Virus record (IMG/VR): IMGVR_UViG_3300029305_002311
Source: a virus
Strand: one strand, 5' to 3'
Length of the DNA: 64,000 bases
Made by a program: the position numbers and the translations under genes. Below the pieces are notes generated by a model. The model saw nothing but the letters and a program-made list of their open reading frames with translations. It searched no databases and had not been told where the DNA came from. Below, in pieces: positions 38,873-49,510 of the stretch. The first letter of the stretch is position 1. Every line of letters starts with the position of its first letter.

Positions 38873-38907
38873 GTCATTCTAGTGCTTCATATTTTCCTTA
38901 GCGCTAT
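38839..38907 (+). repeat. Dispersed intergenic motif, divergent copy D (TTATATAAGTTAAATCTGAAAATGTCTCTCAAGTCATTCTAGTGCTTC...TTAGCGCT)
   Basis: Core CTGAAAATGTCTCTCAAGTCATTCTRGTG shared. Confidence 0.55.
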
Positions 38908-39467
38908 TAAAAATCTAATAAAATATAAAGTTCTTCTAATTGGTCGTCTGCTCTAGTAATTGCATTTCTGTTGTCTACTACTTCTAAAGTTCCTCTATCT
39001 TCTAATGGTTTATTTAGCCATTCATCTCTAGTAATTCCATATTTTATTTCTTCGGGAGTAGCTTTAACCCCTACATATAATCCAAGTTGTCTGTAGGTCA
39101 CTCCTACTGGAATTGCTTCTATAGTATCTCTATCTAAATTTACTCTACACATTATAGAAGTATACCCTTCATTAAGTGCTATAGTAGTATCATTAGTTAC
39201 TGAGTAATAAAGTCCTTTATAATATACTCCAGTTTTCTTTTGAAGTGTTGTTGGATTAGGAATTACTTTAGCATATTGATATGATGCAATTCTTTGAAGT
39301 CCTATAAGCTCTTCTACTTCTGTCATCTTCTCATCTGGTATAGGTGGAGTTCCTTCATCTGACCAAGGAGAAGTTCTTCCTATAGCTATAAATCTATAAG
39401 CTAAGTCAGTGTCCATCCAGTCCATCATTCTTCTTTGTCTTGATTTTAATGTAACTATTCCAGGCAT
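38907..39467 (-). CDS. Baseplate-associated structural protein
   Basis: ORF, synteny. Confidence 0.5.
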   Translation of the reverse strand: MPGIVTLKSRQRRMMDWMDTDLAYRFIAIGRTSPWSDEGTPPIPDEKMTEVEELIGLQRIASYQYAKVIPNPTTLQKKTGVYYKGLYYSVTNDTTIALNEGYTSIMCRVNLDRDTIEAIPVGVTYRQLGLYVGVKATPEEIKYGITRDEWLNKPLEDRGTLEVVDNRNAITRADDQLEELYILLDF

Positions 39468-39484
39468 CTATCTCTCTCCTTTCA

Positions 39485-40486
39485 TTATAAATCATTTATA
39501 TAATAGACAGTATTTTCATCTTTTACAGTAAGTGCTTCATATTCAGCTTTAGTAAGTGATACAAATCCAGATACTGCAGATGCTGCAGCTATAGCTTCTG
39601 CTTTAGCCGCATCTATAGCTTCTTGTTGAGCAGTAGATACAGGTTTGTCCATATCAGAAGTATTATCTACATTCCCTAAACCTACTTGTTGTTTTGATAC
39701 TTGATGAGGATTACTTAAATCATCAGTGTGTTCATCTACTTTTTCATCTGCTGCTTTCACTATATCTTCTAAATTCTTTAATAATAGTTGTAAATCAGCT
39801 TGTTCTGTGATATTTCCTTCTATTTGTCCCCAGTTTACTATACCTGCAGAAGATACTGGGTACCAATTTTGCCCATCCATAGTAAACTCTAAAGCTGTTC
39901 CATTTACTGTTCTAATTTCTAAAACTTGTTCTGAAGTTATCTTCTTAGCTAATAAAGCTTCTGCTCCAGAAAGTCTTACTAGTATTCCTGAGTTTCCATT
40001 TACTTGATTATCTAAAGCTCTAAAATCATTCTCTAAGTCTCCAACTGAAGTATTAAGTAAAAGAATATCAGCTGAGTTAGTTCCTACTTGAGAAGCTAAA
40101 GCATTAAATTGTTCAGTTCCAATTTTATCATTTAATATTGCATTTAAATCTTCTTGGTCTGCTATATTACCAACTATTTTACCCCAGCTAGCTTGTAATG
40201 GTTTCCAAGTTTTTCCGTCTGTAGTATAGCTAACTACTTCATTTTCTTCTTTAATTTCTTTTATTTGATTTGAGATTACTCTTTTTAATAAAGCTTGAGC
40301 TATTGCTAAAAACTCTGCATCTACTGCATGTAAGTCTGCATTAAGAGCATCTGTCATCTTTTGACCAGACATACCTATATATAAGTAAGTGAAGTTCATT
40401 CCGTAGTCTTTATCAACTCCAATGTCTTCACCATTTATTTCATCTAAAGTGTCTGATATTTTCAATAAATCGATAGGGTCAGCCAT
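39485..40486 (-). CDS. Tail fibre-region structural protein
   Basis: ORF; DEHTDDLSNPHQVSKQQVGLGNVDNTSDMDKPVSTAQQ phage fibre repeat signature. Confidence 0.65.
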   Translation of the reverse strand: MADPIDLLKISDTLDEINGEDIGVDKDYGMNFTYLYIGMSGQKMTDALNADLHAVDAEFLAIAQALLKRVISNQIKEIKEENEVVSYTTDGKTWKPLQASWGKIVGNIADQEDLNAILNDKIGTEQFNALASQVGTNSADILLLNTSVGDLENDFRALDNQVNGNSGILVRLSGAEALLAKKITSEQVLEIRTVNGTALEFTMDGQNWYPVSSAGIVNWGQIEGNITEQADLQLLLKNLEDIVKAADEKVDEHTDDLSNPHQVSKQQVGLGNVDNTSDMDKPVSTAQQEAIDAAKAEAIAAASAVSGFVSLTKAEYEALTVKDENTVYYINDL

Positions 40487-40537
40487 TTTTGTCCTCCTTC
40501 CATCTCTCTTATTAGTATATATAATTTATAGTCTCTT

Positions 40538-41434
40538 TTAGCCGTATAGTACGTGGTCTTCTCTAATGATTGGAGCTTCTTCAATAAATCCTCTATAATT
40601 ATCTAAACCTGGTTCATTAAGTATAAATCCATTATTCCAAGCTGCTTTATAATATTTAAGCAACTGCATTGAAGCTATCATGTTTCCTCTTTTTACTCCA
40701 TGTGATAATTGATGGTCTATTAATGATGATAGCGGAGTGTCTAAGAATTTCCAACCAAAATATTTTATCATTGAGCTATAGCCTTGAGTTATATAAGTCA
40801 CCCAGCAATGTATATGATAACCCCAGTCTTGATACATCATTAAATGATAAGCTCCCATAAATATATAGTAAGCAAATGTTAATCTTGTTCCTGCTAACTT
40901 TGTATCATATATTGAGTCTCTTAATATAGTAGAAAGCTCTGGTATTCTTATTTTTATATCACCAGGAAACATATTAGGTTCAAAAGTATCTACTCCTCCA
41001 GAACCATATTCTATAATCTCTACTCCTCTTAAATCTGAACTAGAGTAAAAGCTCGTTACATCTTGTCCGAAAACTCTTATTAAGTTTGCTAATCCAAAGT
41101 TAGTTCCTCTCCATCTTCTAATTAGACAGAAAAGTTTTATAGCTTCTCTTTGTTGGTCTGGAGTAAGAGCTTCATTCCATCTATAGCCTATTAAACTAGA
41201 TAAAGCTCTTAGATTTTCTCCAGGAACTTTATCTACATCTATTTGCCAAGGCATCTTCTTAGCTCTCATATGTAAATCTCCAAAGATATAACAAATTAAA
41301 GTGACTATAATATCTAAATCCCCAGCTGTAACTACTTTTGATAGAGTTCCTTTTAAATATTCATATAACTCTTGTCTAAACTGAGGGTAAAGTCTATTTT
41401 CTTTTTCTTCTATGATAATCACCATCCTTTTCAT
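40538..41434 (-). CDS. Baseplate wedge protein, P2 gpI-like
   Basis: NLRALSSLIGYRWNEALTPDQQREAIKLFCLIRRWRGTNFGLANLIRVF; adjacent to baseplate J. Confidence 0.6.
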   Translation of the reverse strand: MKRMVIIIEEKENRLYPQFRQELYEYLKGTLSKVVTAGDLDIIVTLICYIFGDLHMRAKKMPWQIDVDKVPGENLRALSSLIGYRWNEALTPDQQREAIKLFCLIRRWRGTNFGLANLIRVFGQDVTSFYSSSDLRGVEIIEYGSGGVDTFEPNMFPGDIKIRIPELSTILRDSIYDTKLAGTRLTFAYYIFMGAYHLMMYQDWGYHIHCWVTYITQGYSSMIKYFGWKFLDTPLSSLIDHQLSHGVKRGNMIASMQLLKYYKAAWNNGFILNEPGLDNYRGFIEEAPIIREDHVLYG

Positions 41435-41439
41435 AAATC

Positions 41440-41510
41440 AGTGGCATCAGGTTGACTTCTGTGACTTTTTCTGATAGTATCTATATAATTATATAGCATC
41501 GCGCTTAGTC
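41440..41510 (-). repeat. Dispersed intergenic motif, divergent copy E containing 16-nt palindrome CTATATAATTATATAG
   Basis: AGCGCGATGCTATATAATTATATAG...CAGAAAAAGTCACAGAAGTCAACCTGATG on minus. Confidence 0.5.
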
Positions 41511-43475
41511 TTTATTTTGATAGTCGTGTACATTTACTACAATTTTATTTACTAGAATGTTTCCTTCCATTGCATCAGGAACTACATCTATAAATCCTCT
41601 TGGTAGAACTTCTATTTTCTCTTCTGGGTCTCTTACTTCACAGTATCTTATATAATCGAAGTTAGCTAGTATTTCATGTCCAATTACTGATGCGAATAGA
41701 GGTTCTCCTATTTTCATGTGCTCTCTTGAAAATCTTTCTAATATAAAAGTCTTAATAGCATCTGATGTTATATTAAATCTAATATCATTTTTGTTCATGT
41801 AAACATCTACTACTATAGTTGGAGTTACTATTTCTAAATCATGATAAGTAACTTTTAATGAAGTAAGTCTTCTTTCATCTACATACTCTCTAAGTTGTTG
41901 CCCAGTTTCTGTTAGTACTTGCTCTGTAATATAAAATACATCTACATATTGATTATCAGCTAGTTGCTCTCTCCATCCAATAGATAAATTTATGTTAAAT
42001 GAAGTTCCGTCTTGAGTTATAGTGTATTTTATTGGAGTTGAATCATTTAATAAATAATTGTCTGACTCTATTCCAGTATTCATATTTATTCCTACTGCTA
42101 TATTATCTACAGTGTAAAGTGTAGCTGCATTTGAAAGAACTATAGCATTTCCTGATATAGCATCTTTTGAAAATTCATCCATTGCATCTGCCACTTTAGA
42201 CATATCTTCTACTGTCCAGTCTTGTTTATCTTTTATTATAGTATTTCTGTATTTTACATTAGTAGCATCATAATTTTTAGTATCTGCATTAGGTAATACA
42301 TATAAGTTTACTTTATAATAATCGTCTGGTTGAACTAGTCCAGAAGATTTATCATTATAATCTAAAGCTTGAACTTCTGATATTCCAGGAATAGCCATAG
42401 ACACTTCTTCAAAGTCTTTTATTGTGACTATAGTATTCATTGTTCTAGCCCACATTGGGATGCTATCTCTCATTTCATCTACTGTCTCTGGATTATAGCC
42501 ATCTAAAGATGCAGTGTTTGAAATTACAGTCATATAATTTCTATATTCTGAGTTCATTTGTTCTATTCTAGAAAGTATGTTCTTTCCTATTCTTCCATCT
42601 GCTCCAGTAGATAATAAGTATCTTACTGTGATAGTAGACCCTCTATTAATTACATCTGGCCAATATGCTGGAAGTTGTAAATATAAGAAAGCTTCTTCTG
42701 ACATATGAACTGAAAATCCAAGTTCACCAGAAATAAATCTTACATCCTCTACTCTTTGATATTCTTGTCCATCTATATAAACTTTTAGTGTGTTTATACC
42801 AATGTTATAGTCTGGAAGTACTATCTTACCAGTAGCAGATATATTATCTATAGTGTATTGTTTAGTTGACATTACACCTTCATAAGCTGTAACTTTGGCT
42901 TTGTTTCCATACATTTTATATTCATCTAATGTAGTATAAACTATTTCATTAGTTGAATCAGTGAAAGTAGTATATGCAGGTATAGAAGTTCCGTCTGGAA
43001 CTGTTCTAGTTTCTACATTCCCTAAAGTAATTTCTGTATGAGCTGATAAGTAATGTCTTGGTTCATACCCTACTAATTTAGCTAAAGATATAGCTGAACT
43101 TCTTTCTAAACATGTATCAAGATAAAGTTCTGATGCAACTTTATCTACTTGAAAGTTATTCATATCTGCTAAATAAGACATTAACTTTAAGAAAACTGTA
43201 CCAATATCAGAATCTGAGAAATCTGTCCATCTTCCTTGAGATAATTGCTCTGCTTGAAGTTTTAAATATTCAAATATTGAGTAAGCGTCTTTTCTATTAT
43301 AAGGAAGAGTTAATTTATCAGCATCTGAAGGTTCTTCCATTACATTAGTATATTCAAGTTTTAGTTCTTGAACTATTTCTCTCATCTCAGTATTTCCAGT
43401 AGCTATAGCATAGGTCTCTAAGTAGTTTAATATTGAGTTAATATCACTAAAGTCTTGAGGTACTGTAGTTGCCAT
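41505..43475 (-). CDS. Baseplate J / T4 gp6-like wedge protein
   Basis: FTDFSDSDIGTVFLKLMSYLADMNNFQVDKVASELYLDTC and J-like C-terminus. Confidence 0.8.
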   Translation of the reverse strand: MATTVPQDFSDINSILNYLETYAIATGNTEMREIVQELKLEYTNVMEEPSDADKLTLPYNRKDAYSIFEYLKLQAEQLSQGRWTDFSDSDIGTVFLKLMSYLADMNNFQVDKVASELYLDTCLERSSAISLAKLVGYEPRHYLSAHTEITLGNVETRTVPDGTSIPAYTTFTDSTNEIVYTTLDEYKMYGNKAKVTAYEGVMSTKQYTIDNISATGKIVLPDYNIGINTLKVYIDGQEYQRVEDVRFISGELGFSVHMSEEAFLYLQLPAYWPDVINRGSTITVRYLLSTGADGRIGKNILSRIEQMNSEYRNYMTVISNTASLDGYNPETVDEMRDSIPMWARTMNTIVTIKDFEEVSMAIPGISEVQALDYNDKSSGLVQPDDYYKVNLYVLPNADTKNYDATNVKYRNTIIKDKQDWTVEDMSKVADAMDEFSKDAISGNAIVLSNAATLYTVDNIAVGINMNTGIESDNYLLNDSTPIKYTITQDGTSFNINLSIGWREQLADNQYVDVFYITEQVLTETGQQLREYVDERRLTSLKVTYHDLEIVTPTIVVDVYMNKNDIRFNITSDAIKTFILERFSREHMKIGEPLFASVIGHEILANFDYIRYCEVRDPEEKIEVLPRGFIDVVPDAMEGNILVNKIVVNVHDYQNKD

Positions 43476-43481
43476 TTATTA

Positions 43482-43853
43482 TCACCATCCTCTTATAAAT
43501 TCTAATACTACCGTGTCTCCAACGTTAGTATTTACTATATTGTAAGTTATATTTAAAAGTATTGTTTTTTCTCTAAAAGTAACGTCTACTGCTCTAACAG
43601 TAAAGTTAGTATAATAATTTGAAATAGCACTAGCTACTTCTTGTCTAATCATAGATGCAGTAGCTTCATTTGCAGGTTCATATAAATATCTATATAAATT
43701 ACTTCCAAACTCTGGGTCTCCTACTAGAGTTCCCTTAGTAGTTTCTAAAAGTACTTTTATATCATCATGAAATTTCTTATTAGATGTAATAGTAGATAAT
43801 CCACCTCTTACATTTATTAAGTGTTGTGAATCCATTCCTGAAAGTCCTATCAT
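43482..43853 (-). CDS. Baseplate gp25/W-like protein
   Basis: GDPEFGSNLYRYLYEPANEATASMIRQEVASAI. Confidence 0.85.
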   Translation of the reverse strand: MIGLSGMDSQHLINVRGGLSTITSNKKFHDDIKVLLETTKGTLVGDPEFGSNLYRYLYEPANEATASMIRQEVASAISNYYTNFTVRAVDVTFREKTILLNITYNIVNTNVGDTVVLEFIRGW

Positions 43854-44236
43854 TTCATCATCACTCCTCCTGTACCGAATAGTGAGGCTGCTGACGGAAT
43901 TACTATTGTAGCTCCTTGTTCAAAGTCTAGAAAATCTGAATAACCATTTGCAGCTAATATTACCCAAGCTAATCTAGGGTCTCCATATTGATTATAAGCT
44001 ATTAAATCTGGTCTTTGATGCTCAGCTGATGTTATTGTATGAAGTAAATCAGAAGAATCTCTTAATGGAATCATATCTAGAGGTCTCATATTTCTAATTA
44101 CTAAATCATCTGTTTCTTTAAGTCTTAACTGGTCTTTCAAGTCATATCTACTTCTCCAAGTAGATTTTTGAGGAGTTATTATTTGCTTAACTTTGTCTTC
44201 TGAGTACCAGTCTCTTTTTGAATATACTATTGCCAT
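43850..44236 (-). CDS. Baseplate wedge gp53-like protein
   Basis: HQRPDLIAYNQYGDPRLAWVILAANG...FLDFEQGATIVIPS. Confidence 0.75.
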   Translation of the reverse strand: MAIVYSKRDWYSEDKVKQIITPQKSTWRSRYDLKDQLRLKETDDLVIRNMRPLDMIPLRDSSDLLHTITSAEHQRPDLIAYNQYGDPRLAWVILAANGYSDFLDFEQGATIVIPSAASLFGTGGVMMK

Positions 44237-44273
44237 TGCTCTACCTCCTATTCTAATATATAATTCTATGGTA

Positions 44274-45599
44274 TTAACCAATAGCTTTTACAGTTAAAAA
44301 TGTAGCATTATTTCCATCATATGTAGTAAATGAATCAGTTGCTGCACCAGTGTAATGTCCCATTTTTATTCTATAACCTTCAGCAACTGGTACTATAAAA
44401 TTAGAAATATGATAAGTTTTTTTCTTGCTTGGGTCTCTTACTACAAACTCTTTATAAAAAGTACCATCATTCTTATAAATTACTATAGCTATATCTCCAT
44501 CATAATCATAAGAATCAGAAGTTAGTGATAATGTAGCACATATTTCTACCATATTAACTCCAGGTCCTATATCTACATAATTATCTGAAGCCAATGTTAT
44601 TTTATCTCCTACTTGATAATGTGAAGTATAAATTACTGAAGGTTGTGCCCATTTAGTACCAGGCGTTGTTTGATTTTGAGAGTAACATGTTATACAATTT
44701 GTTTCATTAGGTCTTTTATACCATGCTTTCCATCCTTCTGAAGATATAGCATTATATTGTCTCATCCATATTTCATTATCTCTATATCTATAAGCTATTT
44801 GAGTAATAACGAAAGTTCCATCATTAAATGTTCTTTTCATTACTTGTAAAAACCAGGCACTTGTGTATGGAGCATTGTCTGTAGTACCAGTACAATAATA
44901 AATTCCAGTAGGTAAGCTGGTATCATTGCAATTAGAAATTTCAGTTATATTAGTCATTGCAAATTGGTCTACCGTAAGAGTACCATCTACTTTAAAGTCC
45001 TCTGTATGCCCTCCTAAAGTCACTGCATTCTTTGCTTTTATCAACCAATGATATAATTTTGTAGGCTGTACTATAGAGTGAGGTTGGTTTCCACCACCGC
45101 TCAATAATACACCATTGTAGTTATTAGAGGAAGTTTTTTCAGACACAGTATTACCAGTATAAGAATTTGAGTATCTTTGCTGTATACCATAAGAACCAGT
45201 ACCTTCTCCTCCAGTAGATGTCGTAACATCAACAGCGTGACTATGCTCTGGTAATTCATCTATAGTTAATTGATGAGTAGGACTACCAACTTGGTCTCCA
45301 AAATTTCCAGCTAAAGGATTAGAAGAATCTAACCCTTCATAATAACCAGCAGCAGATGCCCCTCTCATATCAGGTAATCTAAAATAGCCTTCTAAAACAT
45401 CATCTCCACCAATATAACCTATTACATTAAATAATTCTTGATAATCTGAAATTTTGACTTCACTACCATCACATACTAAATACCCGGCTGGTATAGTTTG
45501 TGATGGATAGTATATCATACTCCCTATTGGAGTTTGTTCTATCCCATAATTTTTAAATTTAATTGTTTGCCATTGACCATTACTATCTTTATATTTCAT
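44274..45599 (-). CDS. Collar-domain tail fibre protein
   Basis: IPAGYLVCDGSEVKISDYQELFNVIG...FRLPDMRG. Confidence 0.85.
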   Translation of the reverse strand: MKYKDSNGQWQTIKFKNYGIEQTPIGSMIYYPSQTIPAGYLVCDGSEVKISDYQELFNVIGYIGGDDVLEGYFRLPDMRGASAAGYYEGLDSSNPLAGNFGDQVGSPTHQLTIDELPEHSHAVDVTTSTGGEGTGSYGIQQRYSNSYTGNTVSEKTSSNNYNGVLLSGGGNQPHSIVQPTKLYHWLIKAKNAVTLGGHTEDFKVDGTLTVDQFAMTNITEISNCNDTSLPTGIYYCTGTTDNAPYTSAWFLQVMKRTFNDGTFVITQIAYRYRDNEIWMRQYNAISSEGWKAWYKRPNETNCITCYSQNQTTPGTKWAQPSVIYTSHYQVGDKITLASDNYVDIGPGVNMVEICATLSLTSDSYDYDGDIAIVIYKNDGTFYKEFVVRDPSKKKTYHISNFIVPVAEGYRIKMGHYTGAATDSFTTYDGNNATFLTVKAIG

Positions 45600-45616
45600 T
45601 AAACATTCCTCCTAAA

Positions 45617-47374
45617 TTATTTATCACTGCCCCAGAAATAAGTTTTATTTGGGTCAATCACACTACTATATGTCACATAATTGTAACCACCATTATTACC
45701 TGAAGTATAGTAAGCTAAGTGATAATTGCTATTAGCTGTAGATTCTACTTGAGAATTATTTATCTTAAATGTATTATCTGTGTTATAGCTACTATTTGTA
45801 AATTCTTCCCAAGTCATTCCGTTATCAAAGTTAAAAGATATATTATCATATGTAGAAGAGTCTGTCATAACATAAAACTTCATAACTTTAGAATTATATC
45901 TATTAAATCCTACTACTTTAGTAATAAGTGTTGCAGCATCATCAAAAGCTGAACCACCATAAACTAATTTTGAGTACATTGGATGTAATATGTTGTCTTG
46001 AATATGTACTTCTTTAATATAAGTGTAGACCATGTCATTAACGAATCTCATATGATTTAAAATAAAGTATGTAGAATTAGTTCTTACTCTAACACTAAAA
46101 GACCTATTTCCTCTATTTCCAAATACTTCAATATATTCAAAGTTCATAGCTGATTCTGATAAAGTAATGTCTTCTATGCTTCCTATGTAGTTATCATATA
46201 AAACTACCCCAGCTGTTTTTTCTAATAAGTGTGTCATATCTAAGTCTTCTTCATCTATCTCTTCTTCATCTATCCAAAGTACTTCTTCTCCAGTCGGTTC
46301 ATTAGGTCCTATAGCTATTTCAGGAGCTCCAGTACCTTGAATTTCACTGTTAGGTAAGTTATCAATTAGTTCCTTTAATTTCTTACCTTGTGCTGCAGAT
46401 AAAGCATCTGTTGTGCTATCACTAGTTAATGAATCCTCTACTTTAGCTACAGTTGCTGCAGTTTCTTTAGCTTTAATAATGAAGTTTTGAACTATGTGAG
46501 GATTCATTATATCAAATTCTGTACCGCTACCAGTTGCAGCAACAGTTCCAGTTGCAGTAGTTGAACTAGTATTTCCTGAGTTAGCTCCTGTATTAAATGC
46601 TGAGCTGTTAGCGGTGCTTCCAGAAGCTTTACCTGAAGTACTTGCTGTAGTAGTGACTGAGTGAGTATGTGCTCCAGCTGACCCTACTCCATTAGTAGCA
46701 GTATCTCCAGATTTAGACCATTCTCTTAAATAGTTATTTCCACCAGTATTTGCTGCATTTGCTAAAGACCTAACACTATGACTATGTGAACCAGCTGAAG
46801 CAGCAGTACCAGATAAAGCTGGAATAGAGTGGGTGTGTGAGTTTAAACCGTGACTATGGGCTCCAACACTATGAGTATGTCCATTCAATGTATGAGTATG
46901 AGCTGTTCCAGTAAATGTATGGCTATGTGATGGAATATTAGCTAGTACTAAAGTTCTCTTCTTAGCTCCTCCAGTTTTTCCTAAAGTATTGAAATCTGTG
47001 TCAGAGTCATTCTTACCAATAGCTATATTACCTCTTCTGTCTGGCACATTAAAAGTTGTGCTTCCATCACCAGCTCCATAAGTTGTTCCTATAACTGCAA
47101 ATAGTTCTGAATAATCTGTTCTAGAGACTGCTTGTCCATTACAAAGTAGCCAGTTAGTAGGAATGGTATTACTAGGCCACTCTAAAATAGCACCTATAGG
47201 ATTTGTCTCTAAAACAGACGCTCCACCGCTAGGAGTGTAATTTTCTAACAGTTCTTCGACTGCTCTTATAGATGGAGCATTAGTCGTTTTATCTACATTA
47301 GCAGTAAAACTATCTACTACTGAGCCATCAGCTGGTTTTATTTGACTTACTGCTACTTTCTTAATGTATTTCAT
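45617..47374 (-). CDS. Collar-domain tail fibre protein with His-rich HxH-type segment
   Basis: IPTNWLLCNGQAVSRTDYSELFAVIGTTYG...FNVPDRRG; HSHTFTGTAHTHTLNGHTHSVGAHSHG. Confidence 0.85.
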   Translation of the reverse strand: MKYIKKVAVSQIKPADGSVVDSFTANVDKTTNAPSIRAVEELLENYTPSGGASVLETNPIGAILEWPSNTIPTNWLLCNGQAVSRTDYSELFAVIGTTYGAGDGSTTFNVPDRRGNIAIGKNDSDTDFNTLGKTGGAKKRTLVLANIPSHSHTFTGTAHTHTLNGHTHSVGAHSHGLNSHTHSIPALSGTAASAGSHSHSVRSLANAANTGGNNYLREWSKSGDTATNGVGSAGAHTHSVTTTASTSGKASGSTANSSAFNTGANSGNTSSTTATGTVAATGSGTEFDIMNPHIVQNFIIKAKETAATVAKVEDSLTSDSTTDALSAAQGKKLKELIDNLPNSEIQGTGAPEIAIGPNEPTGEEVLWIDEEEIDEEDLDMTHLLEKTAGVVLYDNYIGSIEDITLSESAMNFEYIEVFGNRGNRSFSVRVRTNSTYFILNHMRFVNDMVYTYIKEVHIQDNILHPMYSKLVYGGSAFDDAATLITKVVGFNRYNSKVMKFYVMTDSSTYDNISFNFDNGMTWEEFTNSSYNTDNTFKINNSQVESTANSNYHLAYYTSGNNGGYNYVTYSSVIDPNKTYFWGSDK

Positions 47375-47387
47375 TAATTACCTCCTT

Positions 47388-48197
47388 TTAAATATCTATT
47401 CTCATTAGCACTACTCTATAAGTTATAGTAGTAGATGCTATAGTAGTTGCAGCTTTGTTTATCATTATTCTTATAACATCTGGCTTAAGTATAGTCGCTA
47501 AGTCTCCATTTCCAAGTATTATAGATAGTGAGTCTTGTGAGTATAGTGTAGTTGACCAATAATCAGACCTTGTCGCACTATGACTCATTGTACTTATAGC
47601 TGCACAGTTGTCTTTAGTATAACCTTCTGGATAGCTTATCTCTATATAAGCGGTAACTGTTTCATCATTTGCAGCTGGTGTAGTAAATGTACCAGTTAAA
47701 ACTGCAAACATGTTTGATTTAACTATCTTATGCCAATAGCCAAGCTCTTCTGATATATGTCTTTCATAAGTAGTTTGAGATTCTTCTATATAGTACTTTT
47801 GTATACAATGGTCTACTATCTGCCCACTTCTAATTACTTCTAACACTCCAGTACTATTTTCTGGAAGATTAGAAGGTAAATCATCATAGTAACATAAATA
47901 TCTTCCTTCATCAAATACTCTGTTTACATTATCTGCTGAAGTTAACACTTTAGGCTCTGATTCAGTAGTGTCTTCTGTAGGAGTATCTTCTTCTAATTCT
48001 ATTATCTCAAATCCGTCTGGTATATCTTCTCCTTCAAATCCTATAACACTGCCAACTGGAACTGTAGAACCATCTAAAACTTTGTTATCTACGTAATCTT
48101 TATTTGTTATATCTTCAGCTTCAGATGGAGTATCTACTTTAGCATTTTTTATTTTATTATTCTTTAAATCTATATCTGAACCAAAAGGTATTGCCAT
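47388..48197 (-). CDS. Tail fibre-region structural protein
   Basis: PFGSDIDLKNNKIKNAKVDTPSEAEDITNKDYVD; synteny. Confidence 0.65.
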   Translation of the reverse strand: MAIPFGSDIDLKNNKIKNAKVDTPSEAEDITNKDYVDNKVLDGSTVPVGSVIGFEGEDIPDGFEIIELEEDTPTEDTTESEPKVLTSADNVNRVFDEGRYLCYYDDLPSNLPENSTGVLEVIRSGQIVDHCIQKYYIEESQTTYERHISEELGYWHKIVKSNMFAVLTGTFTTPAANDETVTAYIEISYPEGYTKDNCAAISTMSHSATRSDYWSTTLYSQDSLSIILGNGDLATILKPDVIRIMINKAATTIASTTITYRVVLMRIDI

Positions 48198-48210
48198 GAA
48201 TTAAACCCTC

Positions 48211-49497
48211 CTAACTAGCTGGATGATAAGCTTTAGCCATTACTGTTACATATAAAGTACTTAAAGATGAAGTAGTAAATTCTCCTACAGCTATATTGAT
48301 TGTGTTGTTATCTTTAACAGTTACATCTGTGTATATTTGCTGATTTAGTTCTGCACTAAATACACTTACAACAACATAGTCCGTTCCTAAGTTATGTACT
48401 ACATCTATGTTTGAGTTATTTGATAAATTAATAGTCTTTTCAAATGCAGCCGCAAATTTACTATTTATAGTATACAATAAGCTATATAACCCAGATAAAG
48501 CTTCTTGAATAGCCATAGTTTGCCCTGATAAAGTAACATTAATATCATCAGCTGTTAAAGTGATTATTCCAGTTTTTCCGTTTACACTAGTTACTGATAC
48601 TGGGAATTGTAATTCTACCCAGTTAGCTAATGTAGAAGCTGGCTCAGCACTTAATATATAAGTTTTATTCTCATCTGTTCTTATAGCAACGTCTCCTACT
48701 TGAGCTGTTAAAGCTAGCATAGCTGATTGAGAAGCTACTGTGTTTACTTCAGTTATAGCTAAAGCCGGTAATACAGAAGTATTTAATTTTCCATTTTCAT
48801 CTAAGATAGGAATTTCTCCAGCAGCAGTTCCTACGTCTTTATCGTACGCGGTTCCTGCAAGTTGTGTATGTTGATTAAGTCTATTCAATAAAGTGTTAAT
48901 TAAATCATGTAAAATATAACCCTGATTAGCTGATAAGGCTGCAGTAGCGCTCTGGCTAGTGCAATTATCTATTACTTCTGGAATTGCATTATTTACTTGT
49001 TGTAATTCTTCTTTAGAAGCAAAATAGCTTAAGTCTTTCCCTCCTAATTTTTCTGCATTATCTACTATTCCGTCTCCATCAGTATCATACACTGATTTTA
49101 GCATGTCTCCTGCCCCTAAGTCTTCCATATTAGTGTTTATAGCTCTTATTTTTTCATCTAATATCTTACCTTGATTAGCTGATAAAGCTTTAGTTGCATC
49201 TGCTGAAGTTAGATTGTCTACTATCTCTACTTCTTCTACAGATACAGTTCCGTCAGCTGCCATATTTAGTCCAGCTCCTATTTTAATACCTCCAAGAACT
49301 GTTGCACTAGCTATTGGTAATAAGTAAGTGCTATCTACCCAAGTTGTTCCATTATAGTAATATAGTTTCTTGTCTGATGTGTTATAGTAAAACTGTCCTT
49401 CTTTCGGATTTGATGGTGCAGTAGCTAAATTTTGAAATACTGCATTTAATAGTTGATTCTTTAATAAGTCAATTGAATTTGCAAATGGTACTGCCAT
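48211..49497 (-). CDS. Tail fibre-region structural protein
   Basis: PFANSIDLLKNQLLNAVFQNLATAPSNPKEGQFYYNTSDKKLYYYNGTTWV. Confidence 0.7.
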   Translation of the reverse strand: MAVPFANSIDLLKNQLLNAVFQNLATAPSNPKEGQFYYNTSDKKLYYYNGTTWVDSTYLLPIASATVLGGIKIGAGLNMAADGTVSVEEVEIVDNLTSADATKALSANQGKILDEKIRAINTNMEDLGAGDMLKSVYDTDGDGIVDNAEKLGGKDLSYFASKEELQQVNNAIPEVIDNCTSQSATAALSANQGYILHDLINTLLNRLNQHTQLAGTAYDKDVGTAAGEIPILDENGKLNTSVLPALAITEVNTVASQSAMLALTAQVGDVAIRTDENKTYILSAEPASTLANWVELQFPVSVTSVNGKTGIITLTADDINVTLSGQTMAIQEALSGLYSLLYTINSKFAAAFEKTINLSNNSNIDVVHNLGTDYVVVSVFSAELNQQIYTDVTVKDNNTINIAVGEFTTSSLSTLYVTVMAKAYHPAS

Positions 49498-49510
49498 TTC
49501 TTTTACCTCC

